Origin: Candidatus Poribacteria bacterium
Lineage (GTDB): Bacteria > Poribacteria > WGA-4E > WGA-3G
Length of the DNA stretch: 64,000 bases
Reading direction: 5' to 3'
NCBI GenBank assembly: GCA_963665235.2
Contig: CAXXLX010000002.1
Coordinates: 1 to 64,000 of the forward strand
Shown: positions 26,259 to 38,308 of the stretch, in pieces
Layout: each line of letters begins with the position of its first letter
Position numbering within the stretch: position 1 is the stretch's first letter
Notes under the pieces: generated by a model
What the model was told of the DNA's origin: nothing
What the model saw: only the letters and a program-made list of their open reading frames with translations
The model's database searches: none
Position numbers and translations under genes: made by a program

Positions 26259-27083
26259 ATGGACCAGTATCTTGAAGGACTCCAGCAAATATTAGACACC
26301 GGGGTTGACCAGCAAATATTAGACACCGGGGTTGACCGCGAAGGTAGAAACGGAATAACCCGAGCAGCCTTCGGCATGCAGATGCGATATAGTCTTGAAG
26401 AAGGATTTCCTGCCGTAACTACCAAGAGACTCGCGTTCCGCTCAGTAAAAGCAGAGCTTCTGGGATTTCTGCGCGGCTATAACCACGTCAAGCAATTTCA
26501 GAGACTCGGCACACAGATATGGAACGCAAACGCTGCCGCATGGGGACGCGAAGGCGCACTCGGATGTATCTACGGTGTCCAATGGCGACGCTGGCAAAAA
26601 GAGCATGGCAAAATCGACCAACTCGCTGAAGTGATTGAACGCCTAAAAACCGACCCGCACAGCCGCAGGCATATCGTCACCGCATGGAACCCAGCTGAAC
26701 TCGATCAGATGGCATTAGCACCATGCCACATGTTCTTCCAATTCTTCGTCGCAGATGGAAAGCTGTCCCTACAGATGTATCAACGCAGCTGCGATATGTT
26801 CCTCGGCGTACCTTTCAATATCGCGTCCTATTCCCTGCTACTCTCTATGGTCGCACAAGTGACGAATCTACAACCGAGTGAGTTTATCCATACAATGGGG
26901 GATGCGCACATCTATCACGCGCATTTCGATCAGGTCAAAACGCAACTTAAACGGAAACCTTACCCCCCTCCGAAACTCATCCTCAACACCGAGGTCACCG
27001 AAATTGACAACTTCAAAATCCAGGATATGCAGCTAGAGGATTACCAGCATCACGATGCAATTCGCGCGAAGTTGATTGTCTAG
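26259..27083 (+). CDS. thyA: Thymidylate synthase
   Basis: FPAVTTK, YGVQWR, SRRHIVTAWNP, LAPCH, YQRSCDMFLGVPFNIASY. Confidence 0.97.
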   Translation: MDQYLEGLQQILDTGVDQQILDTGVDREGRNGITRAAFGMQMRYSLEEGFPAVTTKRLAFRSVKAELLGFLRGYNHVKQFQRLGTQIWNANAAAWGREGALGCIYGVQWRRWQKEHGKIDQLAEVIERLKTDPHSRRHIVTAWNPAELDQMALAPCHMFFQFFVADGKLSLQMYQRSCDMFLGVPFNIASYSLLLSMVAQVTNLQPSEFIHTMGDAHIYHAHFDQVKTQLKRKPYPPPKLILNTEVTEIDNFKIQDMQLEDYQHHDAIRAKLIV

Positions 27084-27237
27084 GTTCAACTTGAGTACCA
27101 GGAAAAATTAGGCGATGACCTATATATTGTGCACTGGGGAGTTGCTCCGAAGGTGAACCGGGGTATTAAAGATAAAGATGTGGTGTCGACAGACCGTTAA
27201 CGTTCTAAAGTTTCCTATATAACGCAACGTGAGTTCA

Positions 27238-27292
27238 GTAGGAGCGTGCTGTGCCTGCGATAATCTTCAGTAGGAGCGTGCTGTGCACGCGA
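27238..27292 (+). repeat. Two tandem GTAGGAGCGTGCTGTGCACGCGA-type REPs
   Basis: Same motif at 3625, 4216 and 57111 (x3). Confidence 0.75.
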
Positions 27293-27355
27293 TACATTCC
27301 GCTATTTTCGGAGAACCTGAAAAGTGTCTACGGTAAACCAACAGATATTATTATC

Positions 27356-27685
27356 AACGCGAGTTTGAAAAAAAGTTTTGACCTAGGGCGTTGTGTGGTA
27401 GTTTTAGCAAAAAACAGCACAAACTAGGAAGTTTATGCTACAAGTATACCGCTTTTTTGGCGATGAAAAAGGTTTAGAGCAAACGGATATTTATTATCAA
27501 GCTCCCGTGTACGGAACGCGAGTTTGAAAAAAAGTTTTGACCTAGGGCGTTGTGTGGTAGTTTTAGCAAAAAACAGCACAAACTAGGAAGTTTATGCTAC
27601 AAGTATACCGCTTTTTTGGCGATGAAAAAGGTTTAGAGCAAACGGATATTTATTATCAAGCTCACGTTATTATCAAGCTCACGTT
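27356..27685 (+). mobile_element. Tandem dimer of MITE family 2 with duplicated right end
   Basis: Two near-identical ~153-bp copies starting at 27356 and 27515. Confidence 0.8.
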
Positions 27686-27702
27686 AGGAGTATCAAAAAA
27701 CC

Positions 27703-28221
27703 GTGCAAATCTCAATGATTGCCGCTATAGATAAAAACCGACTCATCGGCAACGGACCGCATATTCCGTGGCAAATGCCCGCCGACCGCCGACACTTTCG
27801 GGACATGACAATCGGCAAACCGGTCGTTATGGGACGTAAAACCTTTGAAACACTTAAACGCCCCTTGGGAAAGCGACAAAACATTATCTTAACACGGAAC
27901 CGGGACTATGAGGCACCTCAAGGCTGTATCATCGCCTATTCAGTCGCAGACGTTCTCGACAAGGTAAACGCGCTTCAGAAGTCCACCGAAGAACTGATGA
28001 TATGCGGCGGCGCACCCATCTACGAAGCTTTTTTACCGCACGCGACTCGACTCTACCTCACCCAGATACACGCCACTTTTGAGGGAGATGTCTACTTTCC
28101 CGCGTTTGACACAGCAGCATGGGAAGAGGTAAAACGCATTGATTGTGAAGCAGATGAGAAAAATCCGCACCCCTACAGTTTTCTGTTTTTAAATAAAAGG
28201 GAAGGAGCAAAATTTTGCTAA
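27703..28221 (+). CDS. folA: Dihydrofolate reductase
   Basis: IAAIDKNRLIG, IPWQMPAD, VVMGRKTFET, ICGGAPIY, GDVYFP. Confidence 0.95.
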   Translation: MQISMIAAIDKNRLIGNGPHIPWQMPADRRHFRDMTIGKPVVMGRKTFETLKRPLGKRQNIILTRNRDYEAPQGCIIAYSVADVLDKVNALQKSTEELMICGGAPIYEAFLPHATRLYLTQIHATFEGDVYFPAFDTAAWEEVKRIDCEADEKNPHPYSFLFLNKREGAKFC

Positions 28222-28847
28222 ATCTGTGCATGCTCTCCGGGTCATTTGAATACGACTCCGAAGCATCTTTAAATATTTTCAAAACGTTTGTTCAGAAACA
28301 TTATCCAATCCAAGCCAATTTGGTTGTCTACACTTCCGAGGATGATGACCCTGACCTGGCACCGTTGGATGATGCAGATGTCCTATTGGTATTTACACGT
28401 CGACTCAATACAACAGGCGCGTCGCTCAAACGATTCCAAACATATTGTGAACAGGGTAAACCGCTCGTTGGAATCAGAACAGCTAGCCATGCCTATCAGA
28501 ATTGGCTAGAATTTGATAAAATTGTATTAGGCGGCGATTACCAAGGACATTATGGAAAAGGGCCAGCTGTGCAATTAGAAACAGTAATCCCCGAACATCC
28601 TATTCTGAACGACATTCCGAAATTTGAAAGCTACGGCAGCCTTTACAAAAATCCGGCACTTCGCAACGATACATCTGTGTTGCTGATGGGACATACCGAC
28701 GAACATTCGGAACCCGTGGCATGGACGCGCATGCATCACGGTGGACGCATCTTTTATACATCATTAGGACACCAGCAAGATTTTACGTTAGAGCCATTTT
28801 TACGATTTCTTGCACAAAGCGTATTGTGGGTATCGGAACCAGCATAG
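28215..28847 (+). CDS. ThuA-like (class I glutamine amidotransferase fold) protein
   Basis: GKPLVGIRTASHA, LGGDYQGHY, HPIL, SLYKN, PVAW, GRIFYTSLGH. Confidence 0.8.
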   Translation: MLNLCMLSGSFEYDSEASLNIFKTFVQKHYPIQANLVVYTSEDDDPDLAPLDDADVLLVFTRRLNTTGASLKRFQTYCEQGKPLVGIRTASHAYQNWLEFDKIVLGGDYQGHYGKGPAVQLETVIPEHPILNDIPKFESYGSLYKNPALRNDTSVLLMGHTDEHSEPVAWTRMHHGGRIFYTSLGHQQDFTLEPFLRFLAQSVLWVSEPA

Positions 28848-28879
28848 GTATGCCGAGTTTAAAGGTGGACGATAAAGAT

Positions 28880-30148
28880 ATGGAAACATTGACGATTGTG
28901 AATGGTGACATTTATACCCCGGCACATTACGGCAAGGGGACCCTCGTCATTCAAGGCGAAACAATTACAGCATTAACGACGGATAAACCCCCGACATCAG
29001 GCGAAATTATTGACGCAACAGGCCATCTTGTCATTCCAGGGTTGATTGATGGGTTAGTGCATGGCGGCGGCGGTTGTGATACCATGACAGGTAACGTTGA
29101 AGACATTGCCACAATTGCTCGAGCACATGCTGCTAACGGTGTTACCTCCTTAGTCATCGGTATTTCCTCTGGAAGTATGGAGCGGATAAATGCATCCTTA
29201 GCAGCAATTGCACAGGTCGTTGACCAACCGGTGGCGGATGGGGCGAGGGTTTTAGGCGCGTATGTTGAAGGGAAGTTTGGAAGTCTCGCCAAAAATGGTG
29301 CCCAAAACGCGAAGTACATTACACCCCCCAACTTTGAGGAATTCCACGCCATGTGGGCAGCTTCCGACGGCACCTTAAAAGTAATTTCCGTCGCACCCGA
29401 AAACGACGCAGATTTGAAATTTATTAAACACCTCGCCGATTACAGCGCAAGTAGCTATAACAACATCGTTATCGCCATGGGGCACACAAATGCAACGTAT
29501 CAGCAAGCGATGGCTGCGATTGATGCAGGTATTACCCGTGCCACACACACCTACAACGGCATGAGCGGCATGCACCATCGGGACCTCGGTGCCCTTGAAG
29601 CAGTCTTCGCACATCCCGATATCCATGCAGAATTAATTGTTGACGAACATCACGTTCACCCGTTTTGGGGGAAGCAGTTAATCCAGCATAAAGGCATTTC
29701 GGGGGTCGGCCTCATTACAGATTGCACACAACATGCCGGACTTTTACCCGAAGAATGGCAAAAAACAGCTATCTACGAAGCGGAGCATGACGCTTACCGG
29801 CTCAACGGAGGCGTTCACGACGCATCCCCGCCTACCTCTGATACACAAGCATATATAAAAAATGGAGCGATGTGGTTAGATGTCGGTAAACCGACCGAGC
29901 GGCTCGCTGGGGCAATCATTACCCTTATAGAGGGGGTCCGCAACGTTATCGCCTGGGGGTATTCATTAGAAGATACGTTAACCATGGCAACATTAACACC
30001 CGCGCAGAATTTGGGTGTAGAGAATCGCCTCGGTTCCATTTCCCCCGGGAAATCTGCAGATATCGTCATTGTTGATTCAGATTTAAACGTCCGCGAAGTG
30101 ATTATCGGCGGAAAATTGCTAAAATCGGAAAAAGAAGGGCAAAATTAG
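28880..30148 (+). CDS. nagA: N-acetylglucosamine-6-phosphate deacetylase
   Basis: PGLIDGLVHGGGG, APE, GHTNATY, THTYNGM, LITD, TPA...GSISPGKSADIV; alternative start 28850. Confidence 0.85.
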   Translation: METLTIVNGDIYTPAHYGKGTLVIQGETITALTTDKPPTSGEIIDATGHLVIPGLIDGLVHGGGGCDTMTGNVEDIATIARAHAANGVTSLVIGISSGSMERINASLAAIAQVVDQPVADGARVLGAYVEGKFGSLAKNGAQNAKYITPPNFEEFHAMWAASDGTLKVISVAPENDADLKFIKHLADYSASSYNNIVIAMGHTNATYQQAMAAIDAGITRATHTYNGMSGMHHRDLGALEAVFAHPDIHAELIVDEHHVHPFWGKQLIQHKGISGVGLITDCTQHAGLLPEEWQKTAIYEAEHDAYRLNGGVHDASPPTSDTQAYIKNGAMWLDVGKPTERLAGAIITLIEGVRNVIAWGYSLEDTLTMATLTPAQNLGVENRLGSISPGKSADIVIVDSDLNVREVIIGGKLLKSEKEGQN

Positions 30149-30197
30149 AAAAAAATTAGAAAAATTTGCGATTTTTTGCATTTTTTTCAAAAAAAAT

Positions 30198-30227
30198 TTG
30201 ACAACCGCTAGTTTTTTGTAGTATAAT
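30198..30227 (+). promoter_or_regulatory. Sigma70 promoter of the str/S10 ribosomal operon
   Basis: TTGACA-18bp-TATAAT with A/T-rich UP element. Confidence 0.7.
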
Positions 30228-30296
30228 TATCATTTGTGGTATAATTATCATTTTGGAAATCCCAAGTGAATCTTTTTTAAAGAACAGAGGTATGAA

Positions 30297-30671
30297 ATGC
30301 CAACAATTAACCAGTTAATCAAGAAACCGCGAAAAAAGTATCGCAAAAAGACGAAATCGCCGATTCTGCAACAGTGCCCGCAACGGCGCGGCATCTGTTT
30401 ACAGGTAAAAACAGTAACACCGAATAAACCGAATTCAGCTTTGCGTAAGGTAGCGCGAGTCCGATTTACCTCATCTGCCGACGAAGCAACCTGTTATATT
30501 CCAGGAATCGACCATAATTTGCAGGAACACTCGGTTGTATTAGTTCGAGGCGGACGTGTCAAAGACCTATCAAATGTGCGATACCATATTGTACGCGGTA
30601 AACTAGACACAGCAGGTGTTGAAAATCGGCGACAGGGCCGGTCTAAATATGGCGCGCGGAAGCCAAGTTAA
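30297..30671 (+). CDS. rpsL: 30S ribosomal protein S12
   Basis: MPTINQL, PNSALRK, HNLQEHS, SKYG. Confidence 0.98.
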   Translation: MPTINQLIKKPRKKYRKKTKSPILQQCPQRRGICLQVKTVTPNKPNSALRKVARVRFTSSADEATCYIPGIDHNLQEHSVVLVRGGRVKDLSNVRYHIVRGKLDTAGVENRRQGRSKYGARKPS

Positions 30672-30750
30672 CCAACACCGGAAGCACAAACGGCTAATTG
30701 CGTATCGGATAAGCGTGGGCAGTATTCGGAACGCTCTGGAGGAGTAGCAA

Positions 30751-31221
30751 ATGCCAAGACGTGGAAACGTCACTAAACGTGAACCAAGTCCTGATGCAAC
30801 CTACAACAGTAAGTTAGTTACAAAATTTATTAATCACCTGATGTGGGATGGCAAAAAAGGCACTGCACAACGCATTGTGTATAAAAGCTTTGAGATTATT
30901 GCGGAGCGAACGCAAGAAGATGGATTTTCTGTGTTTCGCCAAGCGATAAACAACGTCAAACCGGTCTTAGAAATTCGCCCACGACGCGTCGGCAGTCAAA
31001 CATACCAAGTACCTGTTGATGTCAAAGCTGACAGGCGAACGACCTTAGCCGTTAACTGGATTATTCAATCTGCACGGAAACGCAGTGAAAAAGGCATGGC
31101 GGCGAGACTCGCCGGTGAACTTTTGGAAGCAGCCCGCAATGAAGGCGCTGCAATGGACAGGAAAAAAGAACAGCATCGAATGGCTGAAGCCAATAGAGCT
31201 TTCGCACATTATCGCTGGTAA
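30751..31221 (+). CDS. rpsG: 30S ribosomal protein S7
   Basis: MPRR, RRVGSQTYQVP, MAEANRAFAHYRW. Confidence 0.98.
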   Translation: MPRRGNVTKREPSPDATYNSKLVTKFINHLMWDGKKGTAQRIVYKSFEIIAERTQEDGFSVFRQAINNVKPVLEIRPRRVGSQTYQVPVDVKADRRTTLAVNWIIQSARKRSEKGMAARLAGELLEAARNEGAAMDRKKEQHRMAEANRAFAHYRW

Positions 31222-31294
31222 CGAATTAATACACACATATTTTCTATAGGCAGACGACACTACAATATACGTCTCCCTGAGGAGTCTTTGAACC

Positions 31295-33403
31295 GTGGCG
31301 GAAAAAAATCAGAGAGGTCCACGTCGACCCACCCTCTCCCATAGACGGAATATCGGTATTATGGCGCATATTGATGCAGGCAAAACTACCGTAACCGAAC
31401 GTATCCTATACTACACAGGACGCGTCTACCGAATCGGTGAAGTTGACGATGGCACAACCACAATGGATTGGATGGTCCAAGAACAGGAACGCGGCATTAC
31501 CATTACAGCCGCAGCAACGACCTGCCATTGGAAAGAACACCATATCAATATCATTGATACCCCCGGACATATCGATTTTACGGTTGAAGTTGAGCGCTCG
31601 CTTCGAGTACTTGACGGGGCCGTCGCTGTGTTCTGTGCAGTCGGCGGTGTCGAACCGCAATCCGAAACTGTCTGGCGACAGGCAGATAAATATGAAATCC
31701 CACGCATCGCTTACGTCAACAAGATGGATAGAACCGGGGCAGACTTCTTCCGAACCGTTGAAATGATGACTGAACGCCTCGGTGCAACTGCTATACCTCT
31801 TCAACTTCCCATAGGGTCAGCCGAACAATTCAAAGGAATTGTAGACCTCATTTCAATGAAGGGACAGTTTTGGGACGAAGGCAGCCTCGGCACCGTTATC
31901 CACGAAACCGATATTCCACCAGAAATGGAAGGAATCGCCAATGAATATAGGGAAAAATTATTAGCTGCCGTCGCGGAATGGGACGACGAACTTCTAATTA
32001 AATATCTAGAGGGAATCGAACTTTCTCCAGAGGAAATTAAAACAGGATTGCGACAAGCTACACTCAGCGCAGAAGTTGTACCTGTACTCTGCGGAAGCGC
32101 ACTAAAAAATAAAGGCGTACAACCCCTCCTAGACGCTATCGTCTCATACCTGCCAGCACCGACAGATGTCAAACCAATTGTCGGGTTTAACCCCGAAACC
32201 GGCGCAGAAGAGGTCCGCAAACCAAAAGACGATGAACCCTTCTGTGCACTCGCTTTTAAAATTACCAGCGACCCGCACGGAAAAATGACGTATCTCCGAG
32301 TTTACTCCGGCGTTCTCAACAAAGGCGATACCGTCTACAACAGTAAACAGCAAAAATCTGAACGTATTGGCAGATTGATGCAAATGCACGCCAACAAACG
32401 CGAAGAACGACAATCTGTCAGAGCAGGCGACATCGTTGTAGCAATCGGATTAAAAGATTTGACAACCGGCGACACCATCTGTGCACCAAACGCGCATATC
32501 GCTTTGGAGACCATGGTCTTTCCGTTACCTGTCATGTCTGTAGCTGTCGAACCGCGCACACAATCGGACATCGATAAGTTGAACCTCGCCCTTGCAAAGT
32601 TAGCAGAGGAAGACCCCACTTTCAAGGTCCACCAAAATTCTGAAACTGGGCAAACCCTCTTATCGGGCATGGGGGAACTTCATCTAGAAATCATCGTTGA
32701 CAGACTCGTCCGGGAGTTCAGTGTTTCTGCAAATATAGGTTTACCTGAAGTCGCCTATCGCGAAACACTCCGGAAACCTGTCAAATCGGTCGGAAGATTC
32801 GTCCGACAAACTGGCGGCAGAGGCCAATTCGGGCATGTTGTCATTGAGGTTACACCCCTTGAAAAAGGGACCGGTTTCCAGTTCACTGATAAAACAAAGG
32901 GCGGCGTTATACCACAGGAGTACATTCCAGCAGTTCGGAAAGGCATCGAAGAGGCGATGAAGGTTGGAACATTAGCAGGGTACCCTGTCGTTGATATAGG
33001 CGTAGAACTTGTAGATGGCTCCTATCATCCGGTAGATTCATCCGAAATGTCGTTTTCAATAGCAGGCTCCATGGCATTTAAGGACGCAGCCAAACAGGCA
33101 GGCTCTATATTACTTGAACCAATAATGGATGTCGAAGTTATCGTTCCGGAAAAATACCTCGGCAAAGTAATTGGAGACCTTAACTCCCGGCGAGCACAAA
33201 TTCGGAAAACGGAAGCCCGCGCCAAATCTCGGATTCAGGTAGTGTACGTAGATGCACCCCTCTCCGAAATGTTCGGTTACGTCAAAACACTTCGTTCGCT
33301 GACACAAGGCCGCGCAAACTATTCTATGGAATTTTCACATTATAGTCAGGTACCAGCAAGTGTCACCGAAACATTGATTTCAAACGTAGCCTCGAAACCA
33401 TAA
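31295..33403 (+). CDS. fusA: Elongation factor G
   Basis: [30 protein letters not shown]. Confidence 0.98.
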   Translation: MAEKNQRGPRRPTLSHRRNIGIMAHIDAGKTTVTERILYYTGRVYRIGEVDDGTTTMDWMVQEQERGITITAAATTCHWKEHHINIIDTPGHIDFTVEVERSLRVLDGAVAVFCAVGGVEPQSETVWRQADKYEIPRIAYVNKMDRTGADFFRTVEMMTERLGATAIPLQLPIGSAEQFKGIVDLISMKGQFWDEGSLGTVIHETDIPPEMEGIANEYREKLLAAVAEWDDELLIKYLEGIELSPEEIKTGLRQATLSAEVVPVLCGSALKNKGVQPLLDAIVSYLPAPTDVKPIVGFNPETGAEEVRKPKDDEPFCALAFKITSDPHGKMTYLRVYSGVLNKGDTVYNSKQQKSERIGRLMQMHANKREERQSVRAGDIVVAIGLKDLTTGDTICAPNAHIALETMVFPLPVMSVAVEPRTQSDIDKLNLALAKLAEEDPTFKVHQNSETGQTLLSGMGELHLEIIVDRLVREFSVSANIGLPEVAYRETLRKPVKSVGRFVRQTGGRGQFGHVVIEVTPLEKGTGFQFTDKTKGGVIPQEYIPAVRKGIEEAMKVGTLAGYPVVDIGVELVDGSYHPVDSSEMSFSIAGSMAFKDAAKQAGSILLEPIMDVEVIVPEKYLGKVIGDLNSRRAQIRKTEARAKSRIQVVYVDAPLSEMFGYVKTLRSLTQGRANYSMEFSHYSQVPASVTETLISNVASKP

Positions 33404-33687
33404 CCCCTCCAACGAAAGACAAAGGCACGGTGGCGTGACACCTGCAAACGGAGGGCACTTACGACACATTTTTGTTGGCACTGCCAACTTATGATATTCG
33501 TTATAAAATTCGGCACACCTAAGCAATCGAAAATCGCTTAGGCAATTTGGAAATGCCCGAGAACTTTGGGCACATCTAAGACCCGGCGCGCAATTACGCG
33601 CATTTAGCAAGAACACAGATTCAACTCAGGTTAAGTGGTATCTTAAAAACCTTTAGACCTAAACATTTTATTGGAGCTCGGACAGAA

Positions 33688-34887
33688 ATGGCAAAACAAG
33701 CTTTTGAAAGGACAAAACCACACGTTAATATTGGGACCATCGGCCACGTCGACCACGGTAAAACAACGCTCACCGCAGCAATTACCATGGTCCTCTCAAA
33801 ACTCGCTGACAAAGACTATGTCATGACCTATGAAGACATTGACAAGGCACCCGAGGAAAAAGAACGTGGCATTACGATTAACACAGCACACGTTGAATAC
33901 GAGACAGACAACCGACACTATGCTCACGTCGACTGCCCCGGCCACGCGGACTACATCAAAAATATGATTACAGGTGCTGCCCAGATGGATGGTGCCATTC
34001 TCGTTGTTTCCGCAGCGGATGGCCCCATGCCGCAGACACGAGAGCACGTGCTCCTGGCAAGACAGGTTAACGTCCCCTCCCTGGTCGTCTTTCTTAATAA
34101 GGCAGACATGGTAGATGACGAGGAACTGCTAGAACTCGTCGATTTGGAGGTCCGAGAATTGTTAACCGAGTACGAGTTCCCCGGAGACGATACACCTATT
34201 ATCGCAGGTTCCGCACTCGAAGCGATGGAAGCCGCTGGCAACCCCGAAAGTGATGCCTGTAAACCTATCCGTGAACTTATGGCATCTGTTGACGAGTTTA
34301 TCCCTGAACCGGTTCGCGATACGGAAAAACCCTTCTTGATGCCCATCGAAGATATCTTTACTATCAGTGGACGCGGCACCGTCGTCACCGGACGCGTTGA
34401 ACGCGGCATCATTGAAGTCGGAAATACCGTCGAAATTGTCGGCCTCCGGGAAACACAAGACACCGTCGTCACTGGCGTTGAAATGTTCAACAAATTCCTT
34501 GACGAAGGAAGAGCCGGCGACAATATCGGAGCCTTGCTCAGAGGTATTGACCGAGACGATGTAGAACGGGGACAGGTGTTGTCAATCCCCGGAACCGTCA
34601 CACCGCATACCAAATTTGAAGCGGAAGCCTATATCTTAACCAAAGAGGAGGGCGGCCGATGGAATCCGTTCTTTAGCGGATATCGCCCCCAATTCTATTT
34701 CCGCACAACCGATGTGACCGGCGAAATGCGCCTCCCTGAAGGCATCGAAATGATTATGCCCGGCGATAACGCACAGATTACCGTCGAACTCACAAAACCG
34801 ATTGCATTAGAGGAACAACTCCGATTCGCCATCCGCGAAGGCGGACATACTATTGGCGCTGGCGTTGTCTCTAAAATCCTTGAATAA
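33688..34887 (+). CDS. tuf: Elongation factor Tu
   Basis: [40 protein letters not shown]. Confidence 0.99.
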   Translation: MAKQAFERTKPHVNIGTIGHVDHGKTTLTAAITMVLSKLADKDYVMTYEDIDKAPEEKERGITINTAHVEYETDNRHYAHVDCPGHADYIKNMITGAAQMDGAILVVSAADGPMPQTREHVLLARQVNVPSLVVFLNKADMVDDEELLELVDLEVRELLTEYEFPGDDTPIIAGSALEAMEAAGNPESDACKPIRELMASVDEFIPEPVRDTEKPFLMPIEDIFTISGRGTVVTGRVERGIIEVGNTVEIVGLRETQDTVVTGVEMFNKFLDEGRAGDNIGALLRGIDRDDVERGQVLSIPGTVTPHTKFEAEAYILTKEEGGRWNPFFSGYRPQFYFRTTDVTGEMRLPEGIEMIMPGDNAQITVELTKPIALEEQLRFAIREGGHTIGAGVVSKILE

Positions 34888-34954
34888 GAGGAACGTTTTT
34901 TGTAGGATGCCTCACTCGCTTCGCTGATGTTGCTTAGCAAAACAGGAGACACGA

Positions 34955-35266
34955 ATGGACAATCAAAAGATACGCATCCGGCTTAAAGCCTTTGATTACC
35001 GGCTGCTTGACCAGTCTGCTAAACAGATTGCTGTCACCGCACGTCAAACGCAAGCCAGGGTCTCCGGGCCCATTCCGCTACCGACGAAAAAGCACATCTT
35101 TACTGTTCAACGTTCAACGTTCAAAGACAAAAAGTCTAGGGAACAGTTCGAAATGCGGATTCATAAACGGTTGCTGGATATTCTTGAAACCGCCCCGAAG
35201 ACAGTTGACGCGCTTATGCGCCTTGACCTACCGGCTGGCGTTGATGTCAAAATCACACTATTGTAA
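34955..35266 (+). CDS. rpsJ: 30S ribosomal protein S10
   Basis: [30 protein letters not shown]. Confidence 0.98.
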   Translation: MDNQKIRIRLKAFDYRLLDQSAKQIAVTARQTQARVSGPIPLPTKKHIFTVQRSTFKDKKSREQFEMRIHKRLLDILETAPKTVDALMRLDLPAGVDVKITLL

Positions 35267-35281
35267 AGGGAGACAGCCGAA

Positions 35282-35932
35282 ATGGTTAACGGAATCATTG
35301 GTAAAAAAGTCGGCATGACACAGCTCTTTGAAGAATCCGGGAAAGCAATTCCTGTCACTGTCATCGAAGCGGGCCCGTGCCCTATTGTACAGCTCAAAAC
35401 CCAGGAACGCGATGGATACCAAGCTGTCCAATTAGGATTTGGCACCCGGAAAGAGAACAAAACCAATAGCCCGAAACGTGGGCATTTCAGAAAAGCCGGA
35501 GTCGACCTAACCCAGGTCCTCCGAGAATTTCGGGTAGAAAGCCTTGAGGAAATCACAGTCGGTGACACCGTAAACGCAAGCCTCTTCTCAGAAGGGGAGC
35601 TAGTAGATGTCACCGGCACCACAAAGGGACGGGGATTCACAGGTGTCGTTAAACGTTGGGGATTCGCAGGCGGTAGAAAGTCACACGGTGGTGAACAGGA
35701 CCTCCGCCGCCCCGGAGCTATCGGCGCAAGCGCAACCCCCTCCCGTGTCTTTAAGGGGAAACGCATGCCCGGACGCCACGGTGCCAAAAGGCACACCGTC
35801 CAAAATTTACAAGTCATCCGCGCTGACGCAGAACGGAACTTGTTGGTTGTTAAAGGAGCCGTCCCAGGACCGCCTAACGGACTCCTTTTGATAAAGAAAG
35901 CTGTAAAGACCTCCAAAACAGCTACCGATTGA
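35282..35932 (+). CDS. rplC: 50S ribosomal protein L3
   Basis: GKKVGMTQ, DGYQAVQ, KGRGFTGVVKRW, KGAVPG. Confidence 0.98.
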   Translation: MVNGIIGKKVGMTQLFEESGKAIPVTVIEAGPCPIVQLKTQERDGYQAVQLGFGTRKENKTNSPKRGHFRKAGVDLTQVLREFRVESLEEITVGDTVNASLFSEGELVDVTGTTKGRGFTGVVKRWGFAGGRKSHGGEQDLRRPGAIGASATPSRVFKGKRMPGRHGAKRHTVQNLQVIRADAERNLLVVKGAVPGPPNGLLLIKKAVKTSKTATD

Positions 35933-36067
35933 GAAGAGGTCGCAGCATTCAGGAACACCTTGCCCAGGAAAACAGGGAATTGGCAGCATTAACCGAGGGG
36001 ATGCTTAAAAGCGGACACCACAGGTATCGCATGCCACGCCAGTATATCGGAGAAGAAACAGAAAGCT

Positions 36068-36718
36068 ATGGCAACCTTAAACGTACACAATCGTTCAGGC
36101 GAAGTCCTTCACCAAAAGAAACTCGATGAAGCCTTCACACATGCAGAAGTTAATGAAGCTGTTGTCCATCAATGTGTAGTCGCATATCTCGCCAACCAGC
36201 GCAGTGGAACAGCCTCAACCAAAAGCCGAGGTGAAGTCAGGGGGAGTGGTCGGAAATTATACCGCCAAAAAGGTACAGGCAGAGCACGAGTCGGGGACGC
36301 ACAATCGCCAATACGGGTACATGGCGGCGTAGCCTTCGGACCGAAACCGCGTAGCTACAGGCAACGCACACCGAAACAGATACGCCGACTCGGACTAAAA
36401 AGTGCCATCGCCGCTCAATTCCAGAATGAACGATGTGTTCTCATTGAAGATTTCACGCTCGAGCGGCCCCGAACCAAAGAAATTGTCGCACTCTTAGACG
36501 CTTTGAATTTGAAGGGAAAAGTCTTATTTGTGTTGGATGAACACAGCCCGAATATCTACCTCTCCCTACGAAATATCCCGAAGGTTAACAGCTGCACGTG
36601 GAATACACTCAATGTATATCAGGTCCTGTGGCACGACACGTTGGTCATAACGGAGCGCGCTGCGGAAAAATTAGAAGCCAAATTCGTCGAGACTGAAGAG
36701 GTAACTCATGAGGGATAA
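36068..36718 (+). CDS. rplD: 50S ribosomal protein L4
   Basis: [19 protein letters not shown]. Confidence 0.97.
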   Translation: MATLNVHNRSGEVLHQKKLDEAFTHAEVNEAVVHQCVVAYLANQRSGTASTKSRGEVRGSGRKLYRQKGTGRARVGDAQSPIRVHGGVAFGPKPRSYRQRTPKQIRRLGLKSAIAAQFQNERCVLIEDFTLERPRTKEIVALLDALNLKGKVLFVLDEHSPNIYLSLRNIPKVNSCTWNTLNVYQVLWHDTLVITERAAEKLEAKFVETEEVTHEG

Positions 36719-37007
36719 ATACCAAATCATTTTGAAACCTCACTTTACAGAGAAAAGCTCCGCCCTGCGCGAGAATAATAAGTACGTGTTCGTGGTCAGA
36801 CGGGATGCAACGAAAACAGAAATCCGTCAGGCAGCCGAAGAACTTTTTGAGCTCCAGGGAAATATCGTCAGCGTCCACACAATGCGCGTCAAAGGTAAAC
36901 CGAAAGGCAAAATGCTTCGATACCAACGGGGACGCAGCCCACATTGGAAAAAAGCAATTATCACCGTAACTGAAGGAACAACACTCGCAGCCTTCGAGAA
37001 TATATAG
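36708..37007 (+). CDS. rplW: 50S ribosomal protein L23
   Basis: TEKS, ATKTEI, WKKAII; operon position. Confidence 0.95.
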   Translation: MRDKYQIILKPHFTEKSSALRENNKYVFVVRRDATKTEIRQAAEELFELQGNIVSVHTMRVKGKPKGKMLRYQRGRSPHWKKAIITVTEGTTLAAFENI

Positions 37008-37069
37008 TCATGAGATAACCCCCTAACACCGTGGGGGACAGATACATATTTTAACGAGAGGAAGGGAAA

Positions 37070-37885
37070 GTGCCTAAGACATATTCACCTGTCACGCCAA
37101 GTCGGCGATTTATGACAGGATATACCTTTGAAGAGATTACACGGCAGAAACCTGAAAAATCGCTCGTCAAAGGAATCAAGAAGAACGCAGGCCGTAACAA
37201 TAATGGACGCATGACCGTACGCCGACGCGGCGGCGGGCACAAACGCCGATACCGAATCGTTGATTTCAAACGCGATAAATTCGGCATCCCCGCAAAAGTC
37301 GCCTCCATCGAGTACGACCCGAATCGCTCCGCACATATCGCACTGCTCCATTATGCAGATGGCGAGAAACGGTACATACTCGCCCCTGTCGGACTTCAGG
37401 TCGGCCAGAGCGTCACCTCAGGACCCGATGCCGAAATTCAGGTCGGAAACGCCTTACCGCTTCAAAAAATTCCGCTGGGCACTTCAATACATAACATAGA
37501 AATGCGCCCCGGTAAAGGCGGACAACTCGTCCGAAGCGCAGGTGGAGCCGCCCAATTGATTGACCGTGAAGGAAAATATGCACGCATACGGCTACCCTCC
37601 AGCGAAATCCGACTGCTGCCAGTAGAAGCAATGGCAACTATAGGACAGGTCGGAAATGTCAGCAAGATTGTCATCGGCAAAGCTGGACGCTCAAGATGGC
37701 TAGGAAAACGACCAAAAGTCCGAGGAGTCGCCATGAACCCGGTAGACCACCCCCATGGCGGCGGGGAAGGCAAAAGTTCCGGCGGAAGACACCCAGTCAC
37801 ACCCTGGGGCGTACCGACCAAAGGGTATAAAACGCGAAACCGAAAGAAGAAATCCAGCCAATATATTGTTGGAAAACGTAAATAG
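37070..37885 (+). CDS. rplB: 50S ribosomal protein L2
   Basis: [32 protein letters not shown]. Confidence 0.98.
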   Translation: MPKTYSPVTPSRRFMTGYTFEEITRQKPEKSLVKGIKKNAGRNNNGRMTVRRRGGGHKRRYRIVDFKRDKFGIPAKVASIEYDPNRSAHIALLHYADGEKRYILAPVGLQVGQSVTSGPDAEIQVGNALPLQKIPLGTSIHNIEMRPGKGGQLVRSAGGAAQLIDREGKYARIRLPSSEIRLLPVEAMATIGQVGNVSKIVIGKAGRSRWLGKRPKVRGVAMNPVDHPHGGGEGKSSGGRHPVTPWGVPTKGYKTRNRKKKSSQYIVGKRK

Positions 37886-37910
37886 GACTTTCAGGTAACA
37901 GGAGAAGCCA

Positions 37911-38180
37911 ATGCCACGCTCTATCAAAAAGGGACCCTATGTTGACCCGAAACTCGCAAAAAAGATCGCTCAAATGGAACAAACCGGGAGCAAACGGGTA
38001 ATTCGCACATGGTCGCGTAGCACTACTATCACCCCCGAATTTGTTGGCCATACACTCGCAATTTATAACGGAAAAAAATTCTTTCCCGTTTATATCACCG
38101 AGAATATGGTCGGCCATAAACTCGGAGAATTTGCTCCGACCCGGACATTCCGAGCACATGCCGGGGGGGTTACCAGATAA
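37911..38180 (+). CDS. rpsS: 30S ribosomal protein S19
   Basis: [24 protein letters not shown]. Confidence 0.98.
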   Translation: MPRSIKKGPYVDPKLAKKIAQMEQTGSKRVIRTWSRSTTITPEFVGHTLAIYNGKKFFPVYITENMVGHKLGEFAPTRTFRAHAGGVTR

Positions 38181-38308
38181 TTTTTTTCTAATGTTCTTGC
38201 ATCAAAACGAAACGCTTTACGCAGAGAAAGCGGATTAACCTTCTGATGCATAGCCAAGTGTTAATATGAAACAAAACCTCGCAACTTAGGTTTTGTTAGG
38301 AGAAACTG

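Noticed and set aside
27084-27235. Possible gene fragment after thyA
   Set aside because: Short open frame with no start or RBS and no recognisable motif
33404-33687. tRNA or ncRNA between fusA and tuf
   Set aside because: Several small hairpins but no cloverleaf, T-loop or recognisable family
33951-35958. Long antisense ORFs over tuf, rpsJ and rplC (similarly over hslU, fusA, secY, rpsD)
   Set aside because: Shadow frames of highly conserved genes with biased codon usage
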